Part shown: one piece after another, positions 34,801 through 47,269 of the stretch
Layout of the letters: each line of letters begins with the position of its first letter
Numbering within the stretch: the stretch's first letter is position 1
NCBI RefSeq assembly: GCF_018977255.1
Contig: NW_024704749.1
Span: 8,308,001 to 8,372,000 of the forward strand
Length of the DNA stretch: 64,000 nt
Direction: 5' to 3'
Source: Callorhinchus milii
Lineage: Eukaryota
Position numbers and translations under genes: made by a program
Notes under the pieces: generated by a model
What the model was told of the DNA's origin: nothing
Databases searched by the model: none
Seen by the model: the letters and a program-made list of their open reading frames with translations, nothing else

Positions 34801-37800
34801 ACTCACTAACTGTTTATCCAGCCTCGTTACTGAATTGTGAGCCTGTAAATCTGGTAAAGTGGCATTACCTTGTAGCTCACAAGTGTTGGTGCAGTGCTGG
34901 GGGGGGCATTGCCAGAGGTGCTTGGGAAACAGCTGGGGATGAGAGCTCCATGTGCTCTTTGCTGACGGAGTGGATCCTGGCTCGGTCCAGCTGTTCATTC
35001 AAGGGGGAGAATCGCATCTCTTGATCCCGAACCCCGGCTCGGGTGGAAACCCTTCACTGTCCTACGCCTTGGGACGTCCTACCGAGGCACTGTGTAAATG
35101 TAATTTGTTGTTGTTGTTGGGAATGGTGGGGTTTTTGTCTGCTCTCCTGTTTGACCCGACTTGTGCTTTTAAGGGTGGTCTCGTACCAGATTCGATACGA
35201 AGGCAACACGACCGAAAACACGAAAATAAAGTTCATGACGGACGGCGTGCTGCTGAAGGAAATCCAGAGGGTGAGTGACGCTCGTCACCCGGTGTCTGTC
35301 TTACTGCTCTCTACCCTTGCAGTCTCTTACCTCTCCCCAGTCTGTGCACTCCTCCATGTGTGGGTGGGAATACAGAGGGCTCTCTGTGTGTGGGTGTGTG
35401 TGACAGTGAGTTGGTAGTCAGACTCCGTCACTGTCAAGAGCTCCGGGAAGCTACCCTGCATGAAGGGCACTATGTAAGTGCAAGTTGATTTTGTTGGTGT
35501 GTGTGTGAGAGAGAGAGGGAGAGACACAGAGTATGTAGACCTCAGTCCTAGCTGGTGACTGTGAGTACTGTTTGCAATGTTCCAGGACTTCCTGCTTACA
35601 AAGTACAAAGTGATCATCATCGACGAGGCTCACGAGAGGAGTGTGTACACGGACATCCTGATTGGGCTGCTGTCTCGCATCGTTCCTCTACGGGCAAAGG
35701 TAGTGGAAGGGCTGTAAGCCTGAGGAGCGCTGTACTGTCGGGAGGAGATGTTAAACCCAGTTCCCGTCTTTGCCTGTTCAAGTAGATGTTAACAATCCCA
35801 CGGCACAAAAGGGAAAGGTGTGTCCTACCCCTGCTCCCAGTGCCCTGGCTCCCAATTCAATGGGTAAATTGGTCACTCACTGAGTGGGACTGTTTGTGGG
35901 AACTTGCTTGCCATACAGTGTTCTCACTGGCAAGCTGTGCGGTTTTAGCTAACTCAAGCAGTTACCCCAACACACACTCTGGGGTCCCCAAGCCTTGGCT
36001 CCTGCCAACCTGCGCCTAATACTTTCCGGAATTAGATAAGCAGGATGCGTTCCTCCAGGGAGAGAGAGAGAGAGAGTGCGCGTTCCATTCCCACAGTTTG
36101 GTTTGGAGACTCTTAAGCATGGTGATGTGTTTCCGTATGTGTCAGACACCCGGATGCCCCCCCCCCTTCCCCCACCAAATTGTGGGAACCTGCTGCATGC
36201 AAATTGACTGCCACATTTAGTTACAACCATATCGCTCGACAGTGAAGCGCTTTGAATTGTTTCCGCATCATTCAGAGCCGAAAGAATACAAGGCTGGAAG
36301 GACGTCACTGAATAAATGGTAGCATCCGGGTGTGTGTTTGGCCAATGTGTACTTGCTGAGTGTTTCTGACCCTTGTAGCGTGTGTTTTCCTCAGAGAGGC
36401 CGGCCGCTCAAGCTGATTATCATGTCCGCCACGCTGCGAGTGGAAGACTTCACAGCCAACGAGAGCCTGTTTCCTGCTCGTCCCCCCGTCATCGAGGTAC
36501 GGTCTTCACTTCACATCACATCGCTCTCCATCATTTGCTGTGTAGTCAGTCAGTCAGTCTGCGGATCAGTCAGTAGCTTGTAGTTGGTGAGTGGGGACTT
36601 TGACATCCCATTGCTGGAGCTGTGGTCGTCTCTCTCTCTCATTCAAGAACGCAGCATTACAATGGGATGACATTAAACAATGCGGAAAAGACATTAAACT
36701 GTTAAAGGTCGTGTTCTGTGCCTGTTTGGATGGACATTAAAGATTCTATGGCACTCCTTAAAAGAGAAGGAATTTTTTTCTTGCGGCCCTCCCTCTCCTG
36801 TTAAAGTTGTTCCTTCACAGGGTGGCCGTTTGTGAGATATTGCTGTGCGCACCTTGGTTGCCCTGTTCGCCTGCAAAGCACACATATTGTGGGCTCGTAC
36901 CGCACCGTCATTTCTAAATGTGTGTGAGGGTTTAGCGTGTAGTCTAGTTGGGAGTTAAACCTGGCAGCAAAGGGTTATAGCTGAGGTCTAGTTGAGTACT
37001 CGCTGTGTTTGCCCGAGTCCCTGTGTGTGTGCCAATGAGACCCGCGTGGTGTGTGACCTGTTTTCTGGCCCCGGTTCTCAGGTGGGCACCAGGCAGTTTG
37101 CCGTCACCGTTCACTTCAACAAACGCACGCCACTCGACGACTACGCGGGCGAGGCTTTCAGGAAAATTTGCAAAATCCATCGCATGTTACCTCCGGGTAA
37201 GAGCAAACTTCCCTCTCGCACCCATCACTGCTTCCTTCATTCCTTACTGTCGGTCTCTCTCTCATTCATTCACTGTGCGTGTACATGTCTCTTAATCATT
37301 CTGCGTGTGTGTGTATCTCTCTTACAGCCACTGTGTGCACGTGTCTTGAGTTTATTCGCTCTGGGACTCTACCCTGCACGAGGGGCGCAATATAAATGCC
37401 AGTTGTTGTTGCTGTTAATCATTCTGTGTATATCTTTCATTCAATCAATATGTGTGTGTGTATCTCTGTGTGGTTTGATCATTCTGTCTCTCATTCAATC
37501 ACTGTGTGTGTGTGTGTGTGTGTCTCCCTCTCTCGATTCATTCTTCTGTGTTTCTCTCTTTCGTAAGTTTGCTCAGTCTGCGTCTTGTCTTTCCAGGTTC
37601 CCGGGTTAAGATTGAGAAGAGTTAACATTTTCTGTTTGACCGTTCGTTGCCAGGCTCTCTGGAGGCTCACCCTCTCTCTCTCTCTCTCATTCTCTCTTGT
37701 GTCTGTCTGCCTGCAGGTGGGATCCTAGTGTTCCTGACAGGACAGGCTGAGGTGCACTCCCTGTGTAGGAGGCTGCGGAGATCCTTCCCACACCGTCCTG

Positions 37801-39522
37801 GCCACAGCGGCAAAGGTACAGTTTCCGTGCGTGAGTACGTGCGAGATGCCGCAGCGTTGCCGAGAGTCATACACACACATTCATAGAGCACATTCACACT
37901 CACGCTCACACAAACACTCACTTGCTCACGCGCGCACGCACACACACACACTTGTTAACAGTCTCTCTTCTCTCCCCAATAATGGTAGAAAAGGACCAGG
38001 CTGAAGATGAGACGAAAGAAATGAAAAGATTTAAAAAAGCAAAAGCCAAAGCTGTGGTACGTTTGCAGCCCTGTGTGTACGCTGCTGCTCGACGGACTCC
38101 TGTGTGTTGCAAGTTCCTGACCCTGGGGAGGGGGAAGGGAGAAAAAGCCAAACTTGGTGTTAATCTGCCGTTGTTTCCCCGCTGTAGACTTTGCCGAGGA
38201 TCGACCTCGCCAATTATTCTTCGGTGCCGCTGGAGGAGGAAGAGGCTGAAGATCGGGAGGCAGGGAGCGATGGTGATGGGGAGGCCGGCTCTGACGCTGA
38301 CCTGGACCTGGGAGATGGTGACGGTGCTGAGGCTGGTGAGTGTCTACCGCCCGGTGTGAGCCCGGCATCGCGCTGCACCTGCCGATTCCCTCCCTGCGGC
38401 GACACAGACAAATCCAGAATATTTTACCCAAACGCAAGCGTTGCCGGGTTCCCGATGGAATGTAAAGGCTGTGACCGAGGGGGGTGGTGGGGGTGCCGCA
38501 GAGATATGCAAGCTTCTTCTGACTTTACATTTTCCGTCGACAGCAGAGACGCCTGATCCGTCTATTCCCCTCTACGTTCTTCCTCTATATTCAATGCTGT
38601 CTGCAGAGAATCAAGCAAAGGTGAGCAAGCATTCTTTCTCTCGCCCATTCCTCCCTCGATTTGGGGCGATAGAAGAAGTACATGGTAGCAAAATGTGAAC
38701 CAGATTAACACTTACAAACAGGGTGGTGCAGCGACACGGGGGCCATGGGGCAGGCGGGAGGAGGGTGAGTGGCATGTTTGGTACAGAAACCAGGAAGTGT
38801 TCCTTTCAGGGCTGGAGTGGAGGGGTGGGGTGGGGGAGTTGAGGCTGGTTCCTGGGCACCTTCCTCCCCCACGTCCCGCCTCGGCAGAGATTAAAAGACG
38901 ATGATTTGGAGGGGGGGGGTTGGATTTGAGTCCTGACTTTGTGCTGACCGGCACTGGCCACTCTCTCTCTCTCTCTCTCTCTCTGTCGTCAGGTTTTCCG
39001 GCCGGCGCCGGGCGGCACCCGGCTGTGTGTGGTGGCCACCAACGTGGCGGAGACCTCGCTGACCATCCCCGGCATCAAGTACGTGGTGGACTGCGGGAAA
39101 TCCAAGAGACGCTTCTACGATCAGCTCACAGGAGTCTCGACATTCCGGGTCACCTGGATCTCACAGGCCTCGGCTAACCAGAGAGCGGGGCGCGCAGGAC
39201 GCACAGAGCCAGGCCACTGTTACAGGTCAGTGTCCCACACACAGTCGTGGATTGAAGTGATCAAATTATTATTTTGGTGGGGTGGGGGGGCGGTGGGGAT
39301 TAGTATCCACCAAAAGCGATTCGGGTTCCTGCTCACTGCCAGCTAAACAGAGGCGTGTGGAGTAAGGAAACTTGCCTAAGGTTTCGCCCTGTGCCCGGGA
39401 TTCGAACTCAGGCGAGCGCTCTAACCACTAAGCTGCAGGACTCCGTGGTTCCTTTGCTGAGGAATTGCCCCATATTTTGCAGTCAGTAGATTGCTGTAAG
39501 AACAGCCAGGAGGTGTTGAGTG

Positions 39523-39558
<36 letters not shown>

Positions 39559-39963
39559 CCCTCTCCCCCACTCCCAGCCGCCCACCTGCACATCCCAGCA
39601 GCCGTGGGACGGAGAGGAGAAAGGGGAACGGGGGCTTTTGTCAGTCCTGGTGTTGCAGTAACAGACTTGAGGCACCAGGGGGCAGGCGCGGCCCCCCCCG
39701 TGTTAGACCGTGACCCCGTGTCGTCATCACGCTACATGTACATGTTTTTTCAGGGCGGGGGTGGTGGTGGGGCGGGTGGGTGTGCTCTGCTCTCCGGGTG
39801 TCTGTGTGACGGGTCCGGGACTAAACACTGCGCTCGTTCCCAGGCTCTACTCTTCTGCTGTCTTTGCCGACTTCGAGGAATTCTCTCCAGCGGAGATCAC
39901 CCGGAGGCCCGTGGACGACCTGGTTCTGCAGATGAAAGACCTGAACATTGAAAAGGTGTGAGT

Positions 39964-40004
<41 letters not shown>

Positions 40005-41303
40005 AGGAGGGTGATCTATGTGTGTGGTGTGGGAGGCTGGCGTGTGTGCGTCCTGGCTGAATTTGGTGTGTGTTTGGCAGGTGGTAAACTTCCCATTCCC
40101 GACCCCCCCGTCCCGGGAGTCGCTGGTGTCCGCGGAGGAGCTGCTCATTTCCCTGGGAGCGCTGGTGGAGCCGCTGCAAACCGGGAGGTAGGAGCAGGCC
40201 GTGTGTCTGTGTGTCTGTGTGTGTGTGTCTCGGGCACCTCGTCCCGCTCGATCGCCCGCCTGCTGTTTAACCCGGACCCTGCGGTTTGTTTCAGGTACAA
40301 AGAGTTGGAGAGGGCGAAGCTGAGCTGCCCCATTTCCCCGCTCGGCAGAGCCATGGCCTCCTTCCCGGTGGCACCACGATACGCCAAGATGCTGGCACTG
40401 AGCCGTCAGCACGATTGCATGCAGTACGCCATCACACTGGTGTCTGCACTCACCGTGCGAGAGCTGTTCGAGGAGTTTAACAGGTCAGGCCCTCGGGCTA
40501 TCACATTACAGCGCCACCATCACGGTATCATTACAGACAACGGTCTCACACACACAGTCACACACATGTGCAATCACACACCTACACAGTCAATCACAGC
40601 ATTGTACGGTTGCTCAACGGTGTCTAATTTGTGGTATTTCCTAACAGTTTGACTTATTAAGGAATCGTACCAAAATTGCCGGAGACCCGCTGCTGGAGAG
40701 GCTACCATATTTCTTGTTAAGAAACAGCGCATGCTAGCTGCCTGGTGCAATGAGCTGTACTTTGCTGCAAAGTGACAACACGGATGTGTGTGTGTGGGTG
40801 TGCACCCGTGTGATGTGCTCCTCTTGCTCCCCACAGGCCAGCGGTCAACGAGGAGGAGACACAGAAGCTTAAGGGGAAGAGAGCTCGCGTGGCACAAATG
40901 CAGCGGATTTGGGCGGGGCAGGGTGTGTCGCTGAAGCTGGGAGACCTCATGGTTGTGCTGGGTACGGATGTGTTACACTGACACTTGGCTGTATACCGTG
41001 CCAGACCTTAGCCACATTCACCGGTCGCTGAGGGAACCCGCAGTGTGTCCGCCGTCGGAGCGGGGGGTGGTGGTGGAGGGGGAGCCCCTCTCTGACGTGT
41101 TTCTCTTGCTTGCAGGGGCCGTGGGAGCCTGTGAGTTCGCGGGCTGCACCCTCCACTTCTGCACCCAGAACGGCCTCCGATACAAAGCCATGCTGGAGAT
41201 CCGCCGGCTGCGAGCACAGCTGACCAACGCCAGTGAGTGTGTGCCGAGGGAGGGAGAATGTGCCGGGGGCCAGTAAATTGGGGAACATCAACCAGGAGCC
41301 GGT

Positions 41304-41344
<41 letters not shown>

Positions 41345-44300
41345 CACACATACACACACCTCCCCAGCCACCAGCACTCACTGCGCTGGTGGTGCTCAGA
41401 GTGGGAGGGCACTCGGGCTGATGTCAAAGAGGGAATGAGACTGGAGTTTCTCCTGGTTTTCTCTTGGCCTCCAGACCTCTGGATTAATCGGATGTTCACC
41501 GCACAGGCTATGCGAGAGTGTGTGTGTGTGTGTGTGTGTTTGTGGGGGCGGGTGGGGAGAGAGTGTCCACGTGTGTGAGTTTGTGTGTGACGTCACGGTG
41601 TGCACATCGCTACCCTGTTTGCCTACAAATACCATTGACAGCACCTTCCTTGTTGCTTTAGTTAGTTAGTTGGTTGTTGTATCTCTGTAATCTGTGTCCA
41701 TGTTGCTGCTCTCCAGCCAATGCCATTTACCCGGAGGCGGGGCTGTTTGTCGACCCCAAAATGAAGCCCCCCCTGGAGTCGCAGGTGACGATGCTGAGAC
41801 AGATGGTGTTGGCGGGGCTGGGAGATCAGGTCGCCAGGAGGCTGCCCCCGGGGGAGGTGCTGGAGGACAAGTGGAGAAACGCTTACAAGGTGAGGTCAAT
41901 GTTGGTGCGGGGAGGTGGGTGGGGTGGGGGGTGAATATGTACGTGTTAGTCTTTGATTTTGACCCCGTTTCCTCTCGTTCTCCGCAGACTCCGCTTCTGG
42001 ATGATCCGGTGTTTATCCACCCCAGCTCCGTGCTGTTCAAGCAGCTGCCGGAGTTTGTGGTTTACCAGGAGATCGTGGAGACCTCCAAGATGTACATGAA
42101 AGGTATGGCTGGTCACGGGTGGGGGGGGCGCCACCCGCACGTTTCCCCCTCGCTCAGGAGGCTCTGAGCTTCGGAATCAGATCATTGTCCTAATGTGCTT
42201 CCCCCTCTCCCCCCTCCCCCCCCCCCACCACCAGGACTGACGGAGATCGAGGCAGAGTGGATTCCCCTCCTGCTGCCCCGGTACACTCACTTTGAGAAGC
42301 CGCTGGAGACGCCCCCCCCAAGTTACTGCCCTGACACTGGCCGGGTCAGGTGTCACCGAGCCAGCACCTTCTGTAAGTATAACCCCTGCCTCCATGGGTG
42401 TACGGTGATTTATTTATTTGTGGCTTATGTATGTCATTTACTGCAGTTTTCAGCCTGTTGCTTAATTGGTCGCTCTCGCGCCTCCGACTCAGAAGGTTGT
42501 GGGCTCAAGCCCCCTCACGTCGAGGACTTTGACTCAATAATAATAATAATAATCCTTGCATTTGATGCAGTGACTTATCACGTCGTTGAGACGTCTCAAA
42601 GCGCTTCACAGAATATACCGTAAAGTGTAGGTTCTGTGCATTAAAGCGGAAGCCAGTTTGCACACAGCAGTGTCCCACAAACGGTCGTGGAGTGAGCGAC
42701 CAAATTTTATCTGGGGGATTGTTGGCCAGGACACCGGGGAAGAGAAAGAGAAACTCCCTTCTTTTTGAACAGTGCCGTGGGATCTTTAACGTCAGGCAGG
42801 TGGGACCTGGGTTTAATGTCTCATCCAAAAGATGAGTTCACTGTCCGAGCTAATGCTCTGCATTACCTGAGGGTTATTCCACAGGGTAGTTTATACAAGA
42901 AAGGGGGAAAGAAGGTTAACGTTTTTTTCGGTGGATTAGAGACTGATGTTTGGTGAAATGTTGACAAACTATCTGCCCTCTTCTCTCTCTCTCTCTCTAG
43001 ACCGAGTGGGCTGGCAGCTGCCGGCGGTGGAAATGGACTATCCAGAAGGGCTGGACAGATTCAAACACTTTGCCAAGTTTTTACTGGAAGGAAAGGTGAG
43101 GAGTCAGTGCCCTGGAGAAGCAGCTGATCTCTGGTGGGCGGCGGAGGGAGGACATTGCCTCGGAGGCAGTGGGAGAGGAACGAGCCAGGCCCTCACTCCT
43201 GTCCAGTGATAGATGCAGACTTGTGTATGATGAGGGGTCTGGTGAGCTATGGGGTGGGGGGGGGTGTTAATGCTGCATACCTTGGGATATCCTCCCAACG
43301 TTTGAAAGGCACAGTACAAAAGTTGTTGTTGTCGCACACGCCTGTTATATTCACCACTATAGTTCCAGCTAAGGCAGAATCCAAACATTCTCTTCCTCGC
43401 TTCCCTCCCTGTGGGTTGTGTTCAGTATGAGCTCAGGTGCCAAAGGACCAGGCACTTAACTCAATGCATCGCCCGCCTGATCTCTCCCTCCTGGACTTGG
43501 TGATTACTCACTCGGCTGATGTCTATCAATGACTGTATCTTTTCCTCTTTTCATTAAGGTCATTAAGAAGTTTGCTTCGTACACCAGCTGTCTGCTCTCC
43601 AGCCCGGCAGTCCTGTTGAAGACCTGGGCCAAGTAGGTTTGGGGTTTGAAGCTTCTGCGGTCGGTGTAACGGAGGCATTCGCTGTAACGTCACTGAATAT
43701 ATTGTAAAGTTAATTATAAAAACACAGTTTTGCTCTCTTCTGAGAGAAGCAGCATTTTAATAGCTTTATTCAAGTGTGTGTGTGTGTCTGTGTCTGGTTT
43801 CTTGGAACTAGAGTGACCATACATCCCTGATTCCCGGGGACAGTCTCTGGATAAGGTATTGTGCCAAATTTGCCCTGTCTTGAGTTTAGCGACAAACTGA
43901 GTAAGAACAATAAAACTCTAAAACAGAGACACTCATCAGTGAAACACAGCCATTAATCCAACAAGCTTCTGCATCAGATGTTGTGGTGAGTTACATTTTT
44001 GTGTGGGTGTATGTTCCTGGATCTGGTTTGCAAAATGTGGTCACCCTACTTACAACAACATGGATTTGGGTGTAACAACTGACATCCTACTTGGGACATC
44101 CTCCCGACATGAAAGGCGCTGTATCAATGCAGTTCGTTGTTGGTGCTGGTGATGTATCTGCTGAATCCAGTTCTTGTGATTTGGGTTGACACTGACTCCA
44201 ATGACCTAGAGCTCTGACCTTTCTCAGGCTTCAGCCCAGGACGGACATATTGCTACAAGCTTTGGCCTCGGAGGGCGTGGACTGCCGGGAAGCCCTGCTC

Positions 44301-44532
44301 ACCACCTGGAAGAAAAGTAACCAATGTGAGTATAACAGGCGGCTGGATCTGGATGTTCTTCACGTCAAATGTGTTTGAGTTGCTGTTAGTTCACTGAGTG
44401 TATCTGTAGTCTGAAGCTTTCTCTTCCTGCTCTCTACCTTTTTGGACAGACCTGTTGTCCGCCTACTGCCAGTGGCTGCCTGAAGCAATGCACGCCGATA
44501 TCGCAAAGAATTGGCCTCCCACGGACATTTAG
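31832..44532 (+). CDS. DHX37: DEAH-box RNA helicase 37 (Dhr1/kurz orthologue), 27 exons, 1157 aa
   Basis: Exons: 31832-31955, 32446-32615, 33079-33191, 33644-33989, 34096-34244, 34640-34732, 35174-35270, 35586-35699, 36395-36496, 37082-37196, 37717-37815, 37989-38056, 38188-38335, 38544-38620, 38993-39225, 39844-39955, 40081-40187, 40295-40483, 40837-40961, 41116-41232, 41717-41889, 41988-42102, 42235-42372, 43001-43095, 43559-43632, 44228-44325, 44450-44532. Total 3474 nt. Motifs [58 protein letters not shown]. Exon 1 is the least certain. Confidence 0.96.
39240..39445 (-). mobile_element. SINE 5' half in DHX37 intron 15
   Basis: ggagtaaggaaacttgcctaaggtttcgccc...ctctaaccactaagctgcaggactcc matches the family head. 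Confidence 0.75.
39964..40003. repeat. G40 homopolymer in DHX37 intron 16
   Basis: Visible. Confidence 0.85.
42535..42870 (-). mobile_element. Older SINE with the longer Deu-domain segment, DHX37 intron 23
   Basis: Minus strand TTTTGGATGAGACATTAAACCCAGG...TTAAAGATCCCACGGCACTGTTCAAAAAGAAGGGAGTT...CCCCGGTGTCCTGGCCAAC resembles the AmnSINE1/SacSINE1 Deu domain as I recall it; family tail present. Confidence 0.7.
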
Positions 44533-45117
44533 TGTGGACTATGTGCAGAGGAATTGTACCGTTGGCTCTGCAGTGTGGACTTGTTGCTTGCTCTCTGTGT
44601 GGTGAATCGATGCAGTGTGGAGACCACCCAGTGATGCTTCGTGCAAGGATAAACCGGAAAAGGAAACACAGATAAACAGGAAAAGCCCATTTGACGATTG
44701 GGACCGGAGGAGAAGGTGGAAGTGCAAGAGAACACTTTTCCCAGAGAGTTGCATTGGATTATTAACAATACCTCATTAACCTGCAGCAGAGAGCTGTGCT
44801 GTTTGATAAGGCAGTGATGCTTCGCCGCATTTCACTGAAATTGTAATCTCAATACATCGGGAAAGTTGTGTTTTTTTTAAAAATCTGTATCTTTGTTAAG
44901 ACGGGTGGTCTTTATAAGACCGGTTAAAGAACTGTCCTGAACAAGGAGGCAAAACCTTTATAAAATACTGTTCTGTTTAAAACACAATTCAAAACCTGTG
45001 TGGATCATTTTGTTTGCGCACGTCGCTGAAACCTCACTAACAACTGCGCTGCCGGTGTTGCGAGGATCGGCTGGTTCAGCTTGTTATGCCAATTCAAAGA
45101 TAGGCTTTGAAAACGCT

Positions 45118-45556
45118 GGCGCAATTGGCCGCCGCGTTCGCCCACAAATATACAGTCAATTCACTTTACAGTGTGTTCTGTGAAGCGCTTTGGGACGTCC
45201 TCCTGACGTGAAAAGCGCTATATCAAATGCAAGGATTATTATTATTATTATTATCCTGTGGAGCGCTTTGAAACAGATGTCTTAACGATGTGATAAAGGT
45301 GCCGTGCCAACGGCCAGGATTATTATTTGATCCTTCTCTCCGTGCTTCTTAATTCCAGGTTATCAATCTATCTCACTGACTCTGCGGGGCATTGCAGGCC
45401 ACAGTATGCTGAGAATCCCACTCCTGTAACCGGTTAAATTCTAATTTTGCCCTCAAAATGCACAAGTCCATTCATTTTACAATATATTCTGTGAAGGCGC
45501 TTTGAGGCGTCTCCCAACGACACGACGAGGCGCTGTATCAACTGCGGGGATTGTTA
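45118..45556 (+). mobile_element. Three tandem SINE 3' fragments downstream of DHX37
   Basis: Family tails end at about 45254, 45327 and 45556. Confidence 0.75.
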
Positions 45557-45815
45557 TCGATTTTTAAAAAAAAAAATAGCAACGAATAATAAATCTCCTG
45601 GTCTGCATCCCTTTGCAGGAGGGCAGGATCTTCGCCCGTTTATTCCCTTCGCGCAGAGCCGCCCTTTTTCTTTACCGACCAAAGCCGTAGAAAAGCCATT
45701 CGCGTCCCTGCCAGAATTATTATTATTATTATTATTATTATTATAATAATACGCCAACGAGATTCAATCCGGTGTGTGTTGGAGGTGGCGGGGGGGGGGG
45801 GGGGTTTGGCTGCTT

Positions 45816-45984
45816 NNNNNNNNNNNNNNNNNNNNNNNNNNNNNNNNNNNNNNNNNNNNNNNNNNNNNNNNNNNNNNNNNNNNNNNNNNNNNNNNNNNNN
45901 NNNNNNNNNNNNNNNNNNNNNNNNNNNNNNNNNNNNNNNNNNNNNNNNNNNNNNNNNNNNNNNNNNNNNNNNNNNNNNNNNNNN
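45816..45984. other. Assembly gap (169 N) just upstream of the tRNA gene
   Basis: N run. Confidence 0.99.
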
Positions 45985-46061
45985 AGGTGTGGGAAAAAGT
46001 GACCTCTTTTTCAACGACAGGATTCCTAATGTACTTGAACGTCAGTCACCCCCCCCACGGC

Positions 46062-46075
46062 CCGCGGGGGGGCGC
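46062..46075 (+). promoter_or_regulatory. CTCF-like motif upstream of the tRNA gene
   Basis: CCGCGGGGGGGCGC matches the CCGCGNGGNGGCRS core; sequence match only. Confidence 0.45.
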
Positions 46076-46152
46076 TACGTCCAGTCCAGGCGGGAGTTTG
46101 TGAGTATAGTTTTTTTTTATATACAGTTAATTGCCTTCTGCATAGCGTCATT

Positions 46153-46224
46153 GGGGATGTAGCTCAGTGGTAGAGCGCATGCTTTGCATGTATGAGGCCC
46201 CGGGTTCAATCCCCGGCATCTCCA
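46153..46224 (+). tRNA. tRNA-Ala-TGC: tRNA-Ala, anticodon TGC
   Basis: GGGGATGTAGCTCAGTGGTAGAGCGCATGCTTTGCATGTATGAGGCCCCGGGTTCAATCCCCGGCATCTCCA, 72 nt. Full cloverleaf, G3:U70 alanine identity pair, intact A and B boxes, downstream T run. Confidence 0.97.
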
Positions 46225-46235
46225 CTGCGGGAGTG

Positions 46236-46242
46236 TTTTTTT
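46236..46242 (+). terminator. RNA polymerase III terminator (T7)
   Basis: TTTTTTT beginning 12 nt after the tRNA discriminator base. Confidence 0.85.
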
Positions 46243-46506
46243 GTGGGTGTGTGTGTGTGTGTGTGTGTCCTTATTAATAATTTTTTTTATTATTTAAAAA
46301 AAGCAACGAATGAAATTGCATTTTTTTTTGGGGGGGGGCGCTTTATTTGGGAGGAGGAGGGGGGGGATGAGGGGATGATTTTTTTTTTGGAGTCACGTCG
46401 AGCTATTTATTTGCGAAACAATCGAGCGCGCGAGCGCACGCGCGCACGCTGGCAGGTTTATGAGTAAGGGATGCTGTACAGGAAGGACAGCAGGAACCGA
46501 TGTTGT

Positions 46507-46628
46507 AATAATAATAATAATAATAATAATCCTTGCATTTGATATAGCGCTTTTCACGTCTTCTCGAGTCTCAAAGCGCTTCACAGAACACACTGTAAAG
46601 TGAATTGACTGTATATTTGTGGGCGAAA
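46507..46628 (-). mobile_element. Young SINE 3' fragment
   Basis: (AAT)8 then ccttgcatttgatatagcgcttttcacgtc...tatttgtgggcgaa. Confidence 0.85.
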
Positions 46629-46699
46629 TGGACACACCGACAGACTAACCCCACCCCCCCGGGATGAGGAGAGTCTGAGTGAATTTGGGTCACGCTCCC

Positions 46700-46960
46700 T
46701 CGATTAGGAATGATCTCACTGGGGCGTTCAACGTAATGAAAGGGGGATGTACAAGCCAACTGGAGTATGCACCGCTTTTCTCTCTGGCGAAAGATCCTTT
46801 CACCAGAAGATGGTTCAAAGGGAGATCAGAGCACAAGATGAGGGAATAGAGGAAAAAGACGAGTGGGAAACATAGAGCAGGTACATGGTGGACAATTTCC
46901 TCAAATGCACGTAGCTTAGGGAATAAGGTTGATGAGCCGCAGGTTCAACTGGCCGTAAAG
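46700..46960 (+). mobile_element. Possible CR1 fragment (start of ORF2 endonuclease)
   Basis: aatgcacgtagcttagggaataaggttgatgag encodes NARSLGNKVDE, like the CR1 APE N-terminus. Confidence 0.45.
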
Positions 46961-47269
46961 GGGGTTTACGCCAAACAAAACGTTCTACGATTGTATGATA
47001 ATAATGATTCTTGCATTTTTATTTAGTGCTTTATCACGTCATTGAGGCGTCTCAAAGTGCTTCACAAAAATATACTGTAAAGTGGATGGCTGTGTTCCCT
47101 CGCACGGAGGGCTGTGAGAATGTGGCTCCAAACGCCTGTAGGAGCAGAATTGACGGAGATACAGATATTTAAGAACTAAAGGGTTAAGGAAACAGGCGGG
47201 AAAATGAGATTGACAAACAAAACAAAAGTGCAGAGAGAGTTGCAATCAATAGCCATCCAGTTACTTTAT

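Noticed and set aside
9257-44532. U12-type or non-canonical introns
   Set aside because: All traced introns are GT-AG, and none has the RTATCCTT donor.
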